Shown piece after piece: positions 13,191 through 27,559 of a stretch of DNA of 59,519 nucleotides (position 1 is its first letter; every line of letters begins with the position of its first letter). Source of the stretch: Octopus bimaculoides (Eukaryota). The notes beneath the pieces were generated by a model, which saw nothing but the letters and a program-made list of their open reading frames with translations, was not told the origin of the DNA and did no database searches. A program made the translations under genes and the position numbers. The stretch covers positions 42,133,620-42,193,138 of the forward strand of contig NC_068997.1 of assembly GCF_001194135.2 (NCBI RefSeq), in the 5' to 3' direction.

Positions 13191-14469
13191 GTGTGTATGT
13201 CTCTTTATGTTTGTGTTTATCCCTCACTATCACATGACAACTGGTGTTGGTGTGTTTATGTCCCCCCCCCCCTATAACTTAACTCAAAAAAGAGATCAAT
13301 AAAATAAGTACCAGGCCTTCAAAAACATAAGGCCTGGGGGTCAATTCATTCAACTAATAGCTCTTCGTGATGGGGCCCCAGCACAGCCACAGTCTAATGA
13401 CTGAAACAAGGAAAAGATAAAAACGAAAGATATATAGTAAAAATATAGTAGAGTGCAATGTGACTTGACATGCAATGTAGTTGCTGCACCATCGGCCAGT
13501 CCCCATTAAACACTATTGAATATATACCAGTTATGGCCACCTTATCTTTTATTCCAAACATAGTGTTACCTAGAATTATCTAATCCAATGTACTTTTCCT
13601 TTTTAAGAGGATAGGGTGTGAGTTACAGGAGTTTTGACTGCTATTTCTTACAGGTCAGTCAACCCACCATGGAGGGACTCCTATATTGACTTGTGATGAG
13701 AAAATATAGTCTAGCATGCAGTGAAGGATAAATGTGGCTGTATAAATATGTAGTATAATAAAACTATGTTATTATTGTCACTGCTGTTTAGCTCTAGGTC
13801 AGCTCTCATGGTTCAGAGCTTTCATTGAAAGCACTCCAGCTATGACCATCCCATCGTTTTTTTCCCCAAGTATAATGCACTCAGGATAACACTGTCCAGT
13901 ATATTCTTCTTGTTTAAAATGATAGGTTGTGATCTGACAGGAAATTTGGCTGCTGTTTCTAGCAATGTGTGAATATGTTTGGCAGTTCCCTTGTTAGCCT
14001 ACAGTTAGTATAGTGTGTGATAGTAGTTTAAAAATATGGTGTAGAATAATACTTAGAATAATTCCAATATTCTCACTTACACTACCTGTTTTATGGGGTT
14101 TTCTTTTTTGTTTTGTTTTTTTATTCTTTTTGATTTTATGAGCTGGTGCCACATAAAAAATATCCCTACCAGTGTCATGCAAAGAGCACTTATGTCAGCA
14201 CCACACAAAAGGCATCCATGCAAGCACCATGTAAAACACACCCATACTGGCACCACATAGAGGGCACTTGTGCTGGTGCCACATGAGGAGCACACCTGCA
14301 GGCACCACTTAAAAAGCACCCAGTACACTCTGTGGAGTGGTTGGTGGTGGGAAGAGCATCCAGCCACAAAAACCATGCCAAAACAGATGACTGGAGCCTG
14401 GTGCAGCCCTCTGGCTTGCCTGTGCATGTCAAATCATCGAACCTATGCCAGCATGAAAAATGGATGTTA

Positions 14470-14570
14470 AATGATGACAATGATGATGATGATGACGATG
14501 ATGATGATGATGATGATGACAATGTCCACGACGACAGCAATGATGATGATGATGATGACGGTGATGAGTC
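14470..14570 (+). repeat. (GAT/GAC)n trinucleotide tract, tail of an RTE-related element (~14190-14570)
   Basis: Direct reading; preceded by CCAGCATGAAAAATGGATGTTAA like the other RTE tails. Confidence 0.85.
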
Positions 14571-15774
14571 ATACCATCTGTCACTGAGTTTTCTACTATA
14601 GCTTCAAATTGCCTAAGGCTCTTCTGAGTGGAAAATTAGTAACATCAACTCCAGCAACTATCATGACAAGTTGCAAGCAACAAAAGTTCCTGTAACATTA
14701 ACCTAACATTTGTTCAAGTTGCCTTGTAATGGGATTGAACCCAAAAACCACATGGTTTTTAAGCAAGTTTCTTAACCACACAGCTATAATCCTGCCTATT
14801 AACAAAAAAAAAGTTACAAATTATTTTGGCACTATAATTGCATTACTGTGTCAGTAAAACATTGAACTAAATGACTGTTGTATTTGCTTCAACTGTCTTC
14901 ATTGTGAGATCAAATTTCACAAGCGTTGACTTTTTTTGTCCTCTTTCAAAGATTATCAAAACAAATTTTGGTGACATACAGAGGTGAATTTAGTGAAATA
15001 TAATATTTAAGTTAATGTTGACATATTTAGTGCAAAGGCAATAATAAAAAAAAATCTAACCAGAAATAATTATGAGGTATGGAGAAAAAATACTAATATT
15101 ATTTTCCAGTTTCCTCCTGACATATTTGAAAGACAAATCCAGATATGATTCACGTTCATTCTGACCTTAACAGCAAAGTATAGCTTTCACTTCACCATAC
15201 TTGCCAAAGCAATAATGATTTAAATGTACAAGATCACACATTTGCTGGTTCAAGAAAATAGAATTGTTTGGAGAACAAATAACACAGTGATGAAATCTGC
15301 ATGAATATAATATTGTAAATGTTGACATATAATGCAGAGATTATAAGAAAGCTAAGTAGAAATAAATGTTGTGAGATATATATTTATCAATGACTAATAT
15401 ATATCATTTTCATTCCTCACCACCACCAAGAATGGGAAACAACCGCAGGCATGTTTCATTATTATTCTGATTTCTTTAGCAAATCATAGCCATCACTAGA
15501 CTTGCTGGAGTAGTAATGATGGAATCAATGAATAAATATACAAGATTTGTTGGTGTAGAAAAATAGAATTGTTTGGAAATTAATTAATTCAAAAACTCAT
15601 AGTAGCTTTTGCTTCAGAAGTTAACCTCATACTGCTTCAAAATAAATCAATATTACTATTTATTTGGAGCAGGTGATATAAAATAAACAAAGTCATTTTG
15701 TTCTAAGTTATTTGGAGGTTTTTTTTCTTTATCCTCAGTTGTAACAATTTTACTTGTTTAATGTTGTTAAAGGG

Positions 15775-15819
<45 letters not shown>

Positions 15820-16758
15820 GTCACATCAAAAATGATTCTGTACTAATGATCATGTAAGCCAATACAACTATTTCATGGGTGGATTGCTAGTGACTGCCAA
15901 CACCACACTAGAGTCTCACTGTGTTGTGTGAAGAGTCTGTAGATATTCTGACAGGATGATAAAACAATACCTATAAAGGTAGATAAACTCAACGAGGAAT
16001 CAACAACTATTCAGCAAACCAGCAAACCTATAAATGAAGTGGGAACCCATTAAAGCTTTTGTGTCTAGCGTTATTGACTTCATTAAGGCATATGATTTAG
16101 TGGATAGGATGTTGCGCTAATGATCACAAGATCATGATTTCAATTCCAAGACCGTTTTGTGCATTGTGTTCTTGAGAGCAAAGCAATTCATTTCATGTTG
16201 CTCCAGTTCATTCAGCTGTAAATGAGTAACCCAGCAATGAGTAAATGAGTAACCCTCTCTCTCTCTCTCTCTCTCTCTCCCTCTCTCTCTCTTTCTCTCT
16301 CTCTACTACATTGTATTGGGAGAAACATTTCGAGACTGCACACAACTCTTCCCGACTTCTGACAAAAGAGAGAAGAGTTCAGTAAGGGGTTAGTAACTCC
16401 TTCTCACATAAAACTTTATGTGTTACACAAAACAACCAAGCATGGACCAATGTGTCACACAACACACAAGAGATATAAAGCCATAAGAAAGAAGTCCATT
16501 CAAAGAAATGTTTGCTCAATCATTGGTAATATCAGCCTGAACAACCAAGATGACAAAATTCCAAGAGAACAGGTTGCCAGTCTGTCACAAGATTACTCAT
16601 TGTATAACTGAGTGAACTTGAGCAATGTGAAATGAAGTGTTTTACTGAGGAACACAAAGCACTGCCCAGTCCACTAGCATAGCTAGAGTGTGTGTCGCCT
16701 GGGGCAGCCCTTCTGTTTGCTGCCCCCAGACCCCTCAAAAAATACATATTGCCTACAG

Positions 16759-16990
16759 CAGGGGTTTTCAAACTGTGGTCCGCGGAACACAGGGGGTCCG
16801 CAAGGACAAGACAGGGGGTCCGTGGACAGCAAATACTTTTTATGGGCAATTTGATTTTATATATGTTTTTTAATCGAAATCTTTTAATTGACAATAAACC
16901 TATTTGTTAAATACTGTTAAATAAATAAATGTAAAAATATGTTATTTTAAGCAAATATTTATGTATAAATTTCATAAGCGTTTATAAGGG
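16759..16990 (+). mobile_element. hAT/Charlie-like non-autonomous element, left end; the rest probably lies in the gap
   Basis: Starts CAGGGGTTTTCAAACTGTGGTCCGCGG, the typical Charlie/MER5-type terminus. Confidence 0.55.
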
Positions 16991-17310
16991 GNNNNNNNNN
17001 NNNNNNNNNNNNNNNNNNNNNNNNNNNNNNNNNNNNNNNNNNNNNNNNNNNNNNNNNNNNNNNNNNNNNNNNNNNNNNNNNNNNNNNNNNNNNNNNNNNN
17101 NNNNNNNNNNNNNNNNNNNNNNNNNNNNNNNNNNNNNNNNNNNNNNNNNNNNNNNNNNNNNNNNNNNNNNNNNNNNNNNNNNNNNNNNNNNNNNNNNNNN
17201 NNNNNNNNNNNNNNNNNNNNNNNNNNNNNNNNNNNNNNNNNNNNNNNNNNNNNNNNNNNNNNNNNNNNNNNNNNNNNNNNNNNNNNNNNNNNNNNNNNNN
17301 NNNNNNNNNN

Positions 17311-17355
<45 letters not shown>

Positions 17356-17574
17356 TGTCACTTTTAGCAGATCAAACAACCATTTGGTGGCTTCTTCATC
17401 AAACTGTAAGTGAATGTGAGAAGGAAGAGTTGAATCACCTAGAGGTGAATTATTACCAGGTATCTGACAATGAGTAAATACAAAGAGTTAATCTAAGTGG
17501 CATAGTTGTTTTTTTATTATTTAGTCATTTCTAAAGCCATACTGGAGCATCCCTTGGAAAAAATCCCAATAGAA

Positions 17575-17940
17575 AGGCATGATTTTATGTTAAGAAGTTT
17601 GCTTCTCAACCACATGGTTTTAGGTTCAGCTCTACCGTGTCACCCCTTGGGTAAGTGTCTTTGACTAAATCCTCAGGCTGACCAAAGCCTTGTGAGTGAA
17701 TCTGGTAGATGAAAACTGAAAAAATCCCATCATGTGTATGCATGAATGCCTTTGTGTCTGTGTTTGTCCCCCCACCAACTGCTTGTTGGTGTGTTTGTAC
17801 CCCCGTAGCTTAGTGGTTCAACAAACAGAGATTGGCTTCAAAAATAAGTACTGGGATCAATTTATTCAGCTCAAATTCTTCTAGGTAGTGCTCCAGCATG
17901 GCCACTGTTTAATAACTGTAACAAGGAAAAGATAAAAGAT
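17575..17940 (+). mobile_element. SINE family A, older diverged copy
   Basis: Collinear but more substituted. Confidence 0.7.
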
Positions 17941-19924
17941 AACCCAATATCAATTAGTGTTCATGCTGATTGTTATTGTTGGTGTCTGTAGATGAGGCAG
18001 AAGCCGCAGGTATTCCACCTTTGTTTTCTTGACAAAGTTGTTGTTGTTGTCATTGTTGTTGTTGTCACTGTTGTTGTTGTTGTTGCTGCTGCTGCTGCTG
18101 TTCAGTACACCCAAACAGCACTGTTTCAGTAGACATATGGTATAGAGGTACTCAACGGGACAGTTAGAGTGACACCTTAATCGCTGTTGCTGTTGGTGTT
18201 GTTGAAGCCAGCCCTGATTGAACAAACCTGAAACCGAAGACATTCCAGCCATAACCATCTGCCCTTTTTTCTCTTTGATTTTTAAAAATGACTGCTGTGT
18301 GGAAGAAGTGCTGATCTCTAATTGTAGAAAAAGTGATGACAAGTGACTTTTGGCAAACTGCTGTGCTTGAGAAGATACATCAAGCTAAGTGAAATCGTAG
18401 TCGTGGCCAGTGTGAAAGGCACCTGTGCCAGTGACACATAGAATGCACTCAGTACACTCTGTGGAGTGGTTGCTGTTAGGAAGGACATCCAGCCATAGAA
18501 ACCAAGCCAAAACAGACTGGAGTCTGGAGCAGCTTTCTGGTTTACCATTTCCACTCAAACCAGCCCAAGCCAGCATGGAAATCAGACATTCAATGGTGTT
18601 GCTGATGATGGTAGGATATTACATGAGGGAAATTTGGCTGATATTTCTTGCTGGTTGAGTGGTCATGAAGAGGCCACCCTTGTTGACAGGTAATATTTTC
18701 GCTGTTGCTATGAATTGGATTGGATTGGATTGGATAGGATTGACCATGTTCAGTCCACTACAAGATGAAGGCCTCAGCATATTCTTTCTACCAGCCACGG
18801 TCTGATGTGATGGTCATACATTTGAGGTTGAGATCATTCTGGTTTGATGAGCCTTCGTTATCACCCTGGCTTAACATGGCTTGCCAGAGGGATGTAGTTT
18901 TGTTCTTTTTTGCTCAACTGGTATTTATTCTATTGGCTCCTGAAAGGACGAAAAGTTACGTCGACCTCAGCAGAATTTGAATTCAGAAGGTAAAGGCAGA
19001 CAAAAATCATGTCCAACCATGGAGAAATATCATCTTATTAGGAAACACAGGTACGGGCATCTGGCCATCGAAAATCTACCTCAACAAATTCTATCAGACC
19101 TATACAAGCATGTTAACGTCAAAACAGCGGCAGCGGCGGCGGGGGGAGAAGCGACAGCAGAGGAGGCGAAAACGGCGCTCACGCTGACAACAACTGCATT
19201 TTATAACATGATATTGCAGAGATTTTTTTTTCAATGTCCACTGCATGTGAGTTGTGACATGTCGCAGATTTTTAGGTGGCAAGCAATCGATTTAAAGTAC
19301 AAAGGTCTAAAAAAAAAACCGCCCTCTCACAGCTGGGATTGATGGGTTATTGATGTGACTTCCATTTGCGAGTACATATCGATATGAATGCATTTTGTTT
19401 GTTTTATGAGTAGAGATATTGCAGTAATGAATCTGGATTGGGTGCGGTTGTACAACCTGCAGCTGGGACTAAGTATGAGTAGGTTGGCAGAATCCATCGT
19501 AAATTATGCCAACCCTATTACCTAACCCTACAAACTCCCAATAACAAACTAAAACAAAAACAAAAGTGAAGGAGCCGCTACGTGGTGATTTATTCTACAA
19601 GAAATAGCAGCCAAATCTCTCGGATCACATTCTGCCTATGTTTAAAAGAAAATAGAATACGTTGTATAATGTTAATCCCAGATATTTTATGTCTTAATAA
19701 AGACGAGTGGCCACAGCTGGAATATTTTTGGTTGTACGTCTGCTCAATCTCTGTAGACTTAGAGCTATAATAATAATGACGTGAAGCAACACAAAAACTG
19801 CACTTCTCATCAGCGTCACATGTTACAGACGAACCACACCCACAAAACTCCTACACAATGAAACGAAAATACTCCCAACCACAGCACATTTTTTTTAAAA
19901 AAATGTTTTTGCTGCTGTTGTGAC

Positions 19925-20725
19925 TTATCTTTTACTTGTTTTAGTCATTAGACTGCGACCATGCTGGGGCATCGCCTGAAAGAATATTTTCAGTCGAACG
20001 AATCGACCCCAGTACTTATTATTATTTATTTTTGTAGAATAAATACTATCAGTCTCTTTTGCCGAACCTCTAAGTTATGGGGACGTAAACACATCAACAC
20101 CGGTGGTGACGGAACACATATCCAAAAGATGCGCAGGCGCACACACACAGATACAGGCGTGGCTGTGTGGTAAGAAACTTGCTTCCTAACCACATGGTTC
20201 CGGATTCAGTCCTACTACATGACACATTGGGTGTCTTCTATTATAGCCCCAGGCCTACAAAAGCTTTGTGAGTGGATTTAGTAGACGAAAACTGAAAGAA
20301 GCCCGTCGTATATATATATATATATATNNNNNNNNNNNNNNNNATATATATCGTCGGTGATATATATCTGTTTGTCTTTGTTTTCTGTGTTTATCCCTCA
20401 ACACTGCTTGACATTTGGTGCTAGTGTGTTTACGTACCCGTGACTTAGCGGTTCAGCAAAAGATGCGAATATAATAAGTACAAGGCTTTAAAAAAATCCT
20501 AGGGTCGATTTGTTCGATTAAAACCCTTCAATGCGGTGCCCCAGCATGGCCGCATTCAAATGACTGCGACGGGTTTCTTTCAGTTTCCATCTGCCAAATT
20601 CACTCACAGTACAAGTCAGCTCGAAGCTATAGTAGAAGACACTTGCCCAAGGTGTCACGCAATGGGACTGAACCCGGAATCATGTGGCTGGGAAGGAAAC
20701 GTCTTACACAACCACAGCTGCACTT
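19925..20725. mobile_element. Family A SINE (+, ~20152-20570) nested inside the microsatellite of an antisense family A SINE (-)
   Basis: Order is minus 3' half (19925-20150), complete plus copy, then minus 5' half resuming at GACGGGTTTCTTTCAGTTTCC (~20568). Confidence 0.7.
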
Positions 20726-22955
20726 CGCCAATCTCAGTATACAGAAAAAGATAGGATGGTCACAGCTGGGGTACTTTTGATCATAGGTCTTTTTGACAAA
20801 GGTTGAACTGGAGTTGAACAATAATATTAATAATATACAGCAAGTCAATGAGGGAAATTTTTAATCGTCGTTCGACCAGCTAGAAATAGCAGCTTATTCT
20901 CCCTCAAGGAGAGGACACGTTAAATTGGGTGGTCTTAGATATACCACAAAAGGACGAGATGAACATGGCTGAATGCAGTTGATCGTTGGTTTGCTGGATC
21001 GGAGTTGACCTGGAGCTAAACGATAACATTAACACAAAACTAGACCTGCTAGAAATAGCAACGAAATTTCCCCAAAATTACACCCTACTGTCTTAAAAAT
21101 GGAAAGAATAGACAATGTAGTTTAAAGGTGGGATGGTCGTTGCTGTAACAATTTTGATTGTAAGTGTACAGGATCAGGATAGACCTTGGGTTAAACAATA
21201 GCATTAACTCAATGAGATGAGAGCCATATAGTCGTTCGACTTGCTAGAAACGACAGCCAAATTCTTCATCAATCGTACTTCGTTGTCTTAAAAAGGAAGG
21301 GCACATCAGATAATGAGGCTCTGGATTCACAAGACCTGAAAAAATATGTATCCTATGATTATTTATGATTATGAGGGAGATTTAGCTGCTGTTTCAAGCA
21401 GATCGAACAACCACTGCTGGCTGCTCGTTGTTACTGCTGTTAGCGTTGTTATTGTTGTTTAGCCCCGGTCTGCTCTGATCGAGGAAGATAGTCGTTATTT
21501 CTAGCAATCCAGAAACCTCGCAGAATCCCCACCCCTTTGCCTTATTATCATCGTTGTTGTCGTTTGGCCTCGGGCCAGCCTTGATCGAATACGCTTTCTA
21601 CCCGTAACTATCTTGTATTTTAGTCGGGGGAAACCCACACTGTGTTATCCAATGTGCACTTTATCTAAGACAGTAGGATGTACTTTAAAGGGAATTTTAG
21701 CTGTTATTTCTAACCGTTCTAGCGACCACATAGAGACTCCCCACATTATTGTTAACTCTACAGCTACTATTAAATATATTACACCTGGTTATTGTTGTTG
21801 AGACAGTTGAATATTCGATGTGTTACTGTAAATTAAGTCGCTGGTATCGTTATTGCTGCTGATGATGATCATCATGATAACGATGCTGTTGCAGCCACCA
21901 TTAAATCTACTGCTGCTGATGCTGCAGTTGTTGTTATTGTTGTTACTGGAATCCAAGATTACTTCCTCGAGGGAGAAGTCTGTCTTTCCCGCCCCCCATT
22001 GTTTGCTGTTGTACTTGAGTAAAAGACGCCGGTAACAACGTGTTGAGTTCTTAACATCTTGCAAGTAAACAACTTTTCCCCCCTTCCTTCTATCACGGCT
22101 CTTTAAGCTTTCCCTCATCCTTCCCTCCCGGGCTCTCTCTTTCTCTCTCTCCTTTTATCTCTCTGTCTTTATCTCCCTCTCTTCCGTTGTCCTTTCCTCT
22201 CTATATATATATATATATCTCCCTTTATCTATCTGTCGCTCTCTCTGTATTTACCCTTGTCTTTCTCTTTCTGTCTTCCTCTTTGTATCTCTCTCTCTCT
22301 CTGTCGTCTGACTACCACCCACTCTCAACTTCCCACCTCCTCCCCTTCCTCCTACTCTAATTTCTGCTCTTCTAGTAAACAATTCGATCGATATCTAGGT
22401 TAATGTGTGTGTGAGTGTGTATGTTTGTGTCCGTCTGTCTTTATAGTGTATATGTATGTATATGCGTGTGTAGGTGGTGAGATCTATGTGCATAGGTATT
22501 GTAAGCAAGTTTTGTTTATGTTCGAATGTTTGGTTATGCCCAGCCCATGTAACTGAATGTACGCATGAATAGTTGGATCTGTGTATATGTATATGTTCGC
22601 GTGAAAAGGAGTGGTATTCTGCACATGTGTGTATGTTTGTGTATACTTATATACATATATATGTATATATATAAGCGTAGTCACTGACACAGCCATACCG
22701 AGTTTTGAGTGTCGGTGTTTATCAATGGTTTTGTTTGCATGTGTCAGAATAGCTCTGTGCCTTATGTGTGTGTGTGCGTTCGTTTAAGACTGTATAATCA
22801 TAATGTTTATCTATTTATATGTAAGTTCAAGAGTGTGTCTCTTCGTGGTTAAGTATTTATGTATGCAAGCTACTGCGTGTATACATATGGCAGGTTCTCT
22901 GTGTGACAAACTATGCGTAAACCTATGTTTACAGCAACTGCTTCAGAATCTCTGT

Positions 22956-22957
<2 letters not shown>

Positions 22958-23040
<83 letters not shown>
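22958..23040. repeat. (TA)n microsatellite
   Basis: Direct reading. Confidence 0.95.
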
Positions 23041-23044
<4 letters not shown>

Positions 23045-26000
23045 GCGCACACACAGAGTAGAGTAGAGTGTGTACATGTTTGTGGTTTGCAGTGTCCATT
23101 AAACATTAATGTTTGTGTAGGTATGTGTCAGAAGGCAGTGAGTTTATGTATTTCACTGTCTGCATGTCTACATCCAGTGACCAGAATTCACACGTGTGCT
23201 TGTGTATGTATGTATGTGTGTGTGCACCTGTGTTTATGATTATGTGGTTTATGTTTGTGTATATGTATGTAGCTGATTAATTGTTTGCATTGTTAGTTTG
23301 TATTTATAATATTTGATAATTCTGGAGGAGATAGCTCTAGCTGTGTTACATAAGTCAAATTACTCCTACTTTTACAATAGGGCGAAAATCATAGCAGTTA
23401 AACCAGAATTTACTCTTCAATATTTACCACATTACCTGAGATACACCGTTGAACAACGTACACACGTGTAAGCATGAGTTTATAGTGTGTTGTTTTGTAG
23501 CCCTCCGGTCAGCTTTGATCCAGCAGACCTCTGAACAAAGGCATTCGAGCTATGACAATCCCATCTTATTTTTAGGAATAAGGTACCATAAACTATATAT
23601 ATAAACTGATTTGTTTTCCCTTATTTACGACAGTGCAATGTGGTTGGAAGGTAGAGTGCGGTATTCGAGGAAAAATATGTCTGTTTCTGTAACAATAAAC
23701 CAAAAAGGAGAGCTCGTGGAATGTCGCATTAAACTTATATATGACATTCTACGAACTCCCATTGTGGTGTGAGGAAAATTAAACTGCTCTTTCTAGCAGG
23801 CCAAGTTACTAAACCAGCATAAACCCCAGTACTATTATGTATTACTCCTAAAAAAATTGGAAGTTAAGGTTGACGCTATTGGAATATGAACTCGTGACAC
23901 AGAGAGCCAGAACGAAAACCGCAAGACATTTTTTTTTTCTCTGGCGCGTTAACGACTCTGCCAAGTCACCACCTTCATTATTTATGTATTTATGTCTTCG
24001 AAAGTATTTTTCTATGTCAGCCTGTTATTTTAGCAATGTCGGTTTACATTTGTAAAATATATTTATGGACAGTTAACACGCATGTTATATATGGAGTGCA
24101 ACAGGAGAGAGGGGCTACAGACATCCAAAGACAGTAAAGCGGGGCTACTTGAGAAGTGACCGTCTCGACTTAACAACAACATAAACGGAATGTGCTCATC
24201 AACTACAACAATGGAATGTGAATCTCTCTCTCTTACCACAAACATTTTCACTGACATTTTTTTCTTGATCTTGTTGGTGAACACCCTCACACTATAAGAT
24301 CAGCCCCTGCCGAACCCCCATAGCTATTTCACTCCAATTACAAGCTTTCTCTCGACTTTTAAGTGTTGTTTTGAATAAGCTATTTTCAGAGCAAGGTTGA
24401 ACACGATTTGATGGGATGAATGAAATATGTGTGATAAAATATAAACATGAGAAGAATTTCATTAATAAAGAAACTAAAAAAAACTTAGTTTATTTTTAGT
24501 TTACTTAAATTTCCTTTAAACATTGCTGAAATATAAGACCTTGTGTGTGGGGGGAGTTGAGAAACTATCTCATTGACAGCTAATAACTAAAAAGTTAACA
24601 CTTATATTTAGCGTGACAAGCAATTGAAAACAGAATCCCCAAAGTATAAATGAACAGGGTTTGAAATGTCAGCTATCTTAAACACAAGGAGACATAGTAT
24701 ATTTGGGACGTTACTAAACATGTTCCTCACATTCAAAATGTACGGAATAACATTTCAATTATATCTATTGTATTGATTATTTAATTAAACTGATTGTTTG
24801 TAATTTTTTTAAGTACAAATATCCAATAGATTGTTACATTTTACATACGATAATAGTTAAGAGCTAAGCTGTCTCATCAGTCTTTGTCTCAAGTATTTGT
24901 AGCCGAGCGGTTGGTTAGATAGCAGCATATGTAGCTGCCGAACAGTGAGAGAGATCGGAGATGGGATACTGAGAAACTGGGATGGCATCTTTATTAACAG
25001 TACCACCACAAGTTATTCTTGTTTAAATAGAATGACAGAATCGTTAGAGCGTCAGGAAAAAAATAACTTCGCATTCTGAGTTCAAATCCAGCTGAGATCA
25101 ACTTTGCCTTATATACCTTTGGGGGTCGATAAAATAAAATACTAATGTCGTACTAGGGTGTCATTGTTGTCGGCTAATCCCTTTCTCCTTGCAAAAAAAA
25201 TTCTGACTTTGTACCTATATTAGAAACAATTATTGCTCAGTACCTGGCCAATTCTGATCAAGAGACATTCAAGGTATGACAATCCTGAAATGAACATATA
25301 CATTTTAATGACTCTGAGGAAGCCTTAGGATGTTGTGTAAGCAGTCAGCTCTGTATACACTGCTTCTCGTAGTAGAAACAACTGTAAACTAATGAAAGTG
25401 ATTACACAAGTCCTGTTCGTTTGCCATTCATTAATTGATATTATGCTCTGTACTCAACTGAGGCTTTACTCTAAAACATAAGCATACTGAGTAATAACAA
25501 CTGGTAATTAGTGTCACTATACCTAATCTAAAATGATAAAATGTGTGTGCGCGCACGTGTGTGTGGTCACCAGTTGTACGATGAAGAAGGTGACAAAATC
25601 TGTTAAGATTTTTGATAAACAAAGTTTTATTCTTTTCGTACACAAAAAGAAATATTGCCATTACTACAAACAACAAAATCTTGAGAGAATTTGAATATCA
25701 TTGTTTTTGGTCTAATTGTAATAATAGTCAATAAGTTAGCTGCTGGTTCATTGTGCTGTTGTCACCAATTGTTCATTGTGGTTGTTGTCAGCTCAGGTCA
25801 GTACCTGTCCACGTCTGTTCACCATTTGTCTACCACCACATGTCTGTTGTTTCTCAATGCTCCCGCAAACGTTCTGTCAAGTAGCCAAGGTGTACTGAGT
25901 TTATACTGATGGATGGGCTCAGAAGGAGGCGTGCCAAAAGATGAAATCATAAAATGTTGGCGGAGCCTATTCCATGCAAAGTCCATAATTGGTCAGATTT

Positions 26001-26084
26001 TGTTGATTACATGGGTAATATTCTTTTGAATCACAACATCAGGTGTAGTGATCTAACTACTGAACATTCCTGTTATGCAAGCAC

Positions 26085-26240
<156 letters not shown>

Positions 26241-26620
26241 ATCAAGGATGTGTTGCCTAGATAGGCAAGGTAAGCAGTCGATAGCAACATTTCATTTTAT
26301 GGCAAAATATGTACCTAATTCAATAAAATTATGAAGGCTACTCTGATTACTATGCATAAAATGCAGAATATTTTATTTTTTTGTAGATTAGGTAGGCATA
26401 ATTCTACCCTGCCTTCCAATCTCAGTATTTAAGCTACACATAGTATTGTTGTAGTACACGTGCTGTGTACACTCCTACAACACTGTTTTCTTTACATGCT
26501 ATAAAGGCAGAAGTAAATCTGCCTTCAATTCAGTCACATGGTTGTGCTTCACCTATTTTTTGTGTGTTTTACTACATGAAGGTCACTAACAGCCTACCCT
26601 GAGTAATTACTGACAGCACA

Positions 26621-26772
26621 TGCCTGGAGTGGGTGTGTGGTAAGTAGCTTGCTTATCAACCACATGGTTCCAGGTTCAGTCCCACTTCATAGCACCTTGG
26701 GCAAGTGTCTTCCACTATGGCCAACCAAAACCTTGTGAGTGGATTTGGTAAATGGAAACTGAAAGAAGCCCG

Positions 26773-26837
<65 letters not shown>

Positions 26838-27012
26838 TGTATGCGTGTGTATATTTGGGTACTTGTGTTTGTTCCTGTAACCTAGTGGTTCAGCGAAAGG
26901 GACCGATAGAATAAGTACAAGGCTTACAAAGAATAAATCTTGGGGTTGATTTGCTTGAGTTAAGGTAGTGCTCCAGCATGGCTGCAGTCAAGTGACTGAA
27001 ACAAGTAAAAGA
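26621..27012 (+). mobile_element. SINE family A with internal deletion
   Basis: Head, (TA)n core and tail recognisable. Confidence 0.75.
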
Positions 27013-27559
27013 ATATATAATATACTGTTCCATGACATAAGTTGTGGTTGAGAAGTTTACTTTTGCACAAAATGGTTTTGAGTTCAGTCCCACTGCGTGG
27101 CACCTCGGGCAAGTGTCCTCTACTATATCACTGGGTTGCACTATTATCCAATGTCTAAAAGGGAAGTCTGGTTGCTATTTCTTGCAGGGTGAGAAACTAG
27201 TGTACATTAGCTTACCAGAAGCTAGGTTATGAGACAACAGCACATGCCCAATCGTAACAATGTTGTTTTTTTTTATCTTATCATTTTAGGTTACAATTAA
27301 TTTTTTCATTTTTTTTTCCTTGTTTTGTTTTTTGATCCATCAAATAAGTAGTAAATACACTATTTCATCCATTGTTATATAAACATAATGTACTTATATG
27401 TATATTTATATAGTCACCAAGAGTGTCATGGTAACAGGATCTCAAAAGACCAATGACTAATTGACCACATCTCTGGCAGTGAGAGAGACTGAAGGAGAAG
27501 AAGCATTCCTAAAGCCACAGTTTTCAGTTTTCCCCATTGATGTTTATATTCTTTGCTGA

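Noticed and set aside
25790-25910. Short open frames at ~25.8 kb
   Set aside because: No recognisable protein; more likely decayed retroelement sequence.
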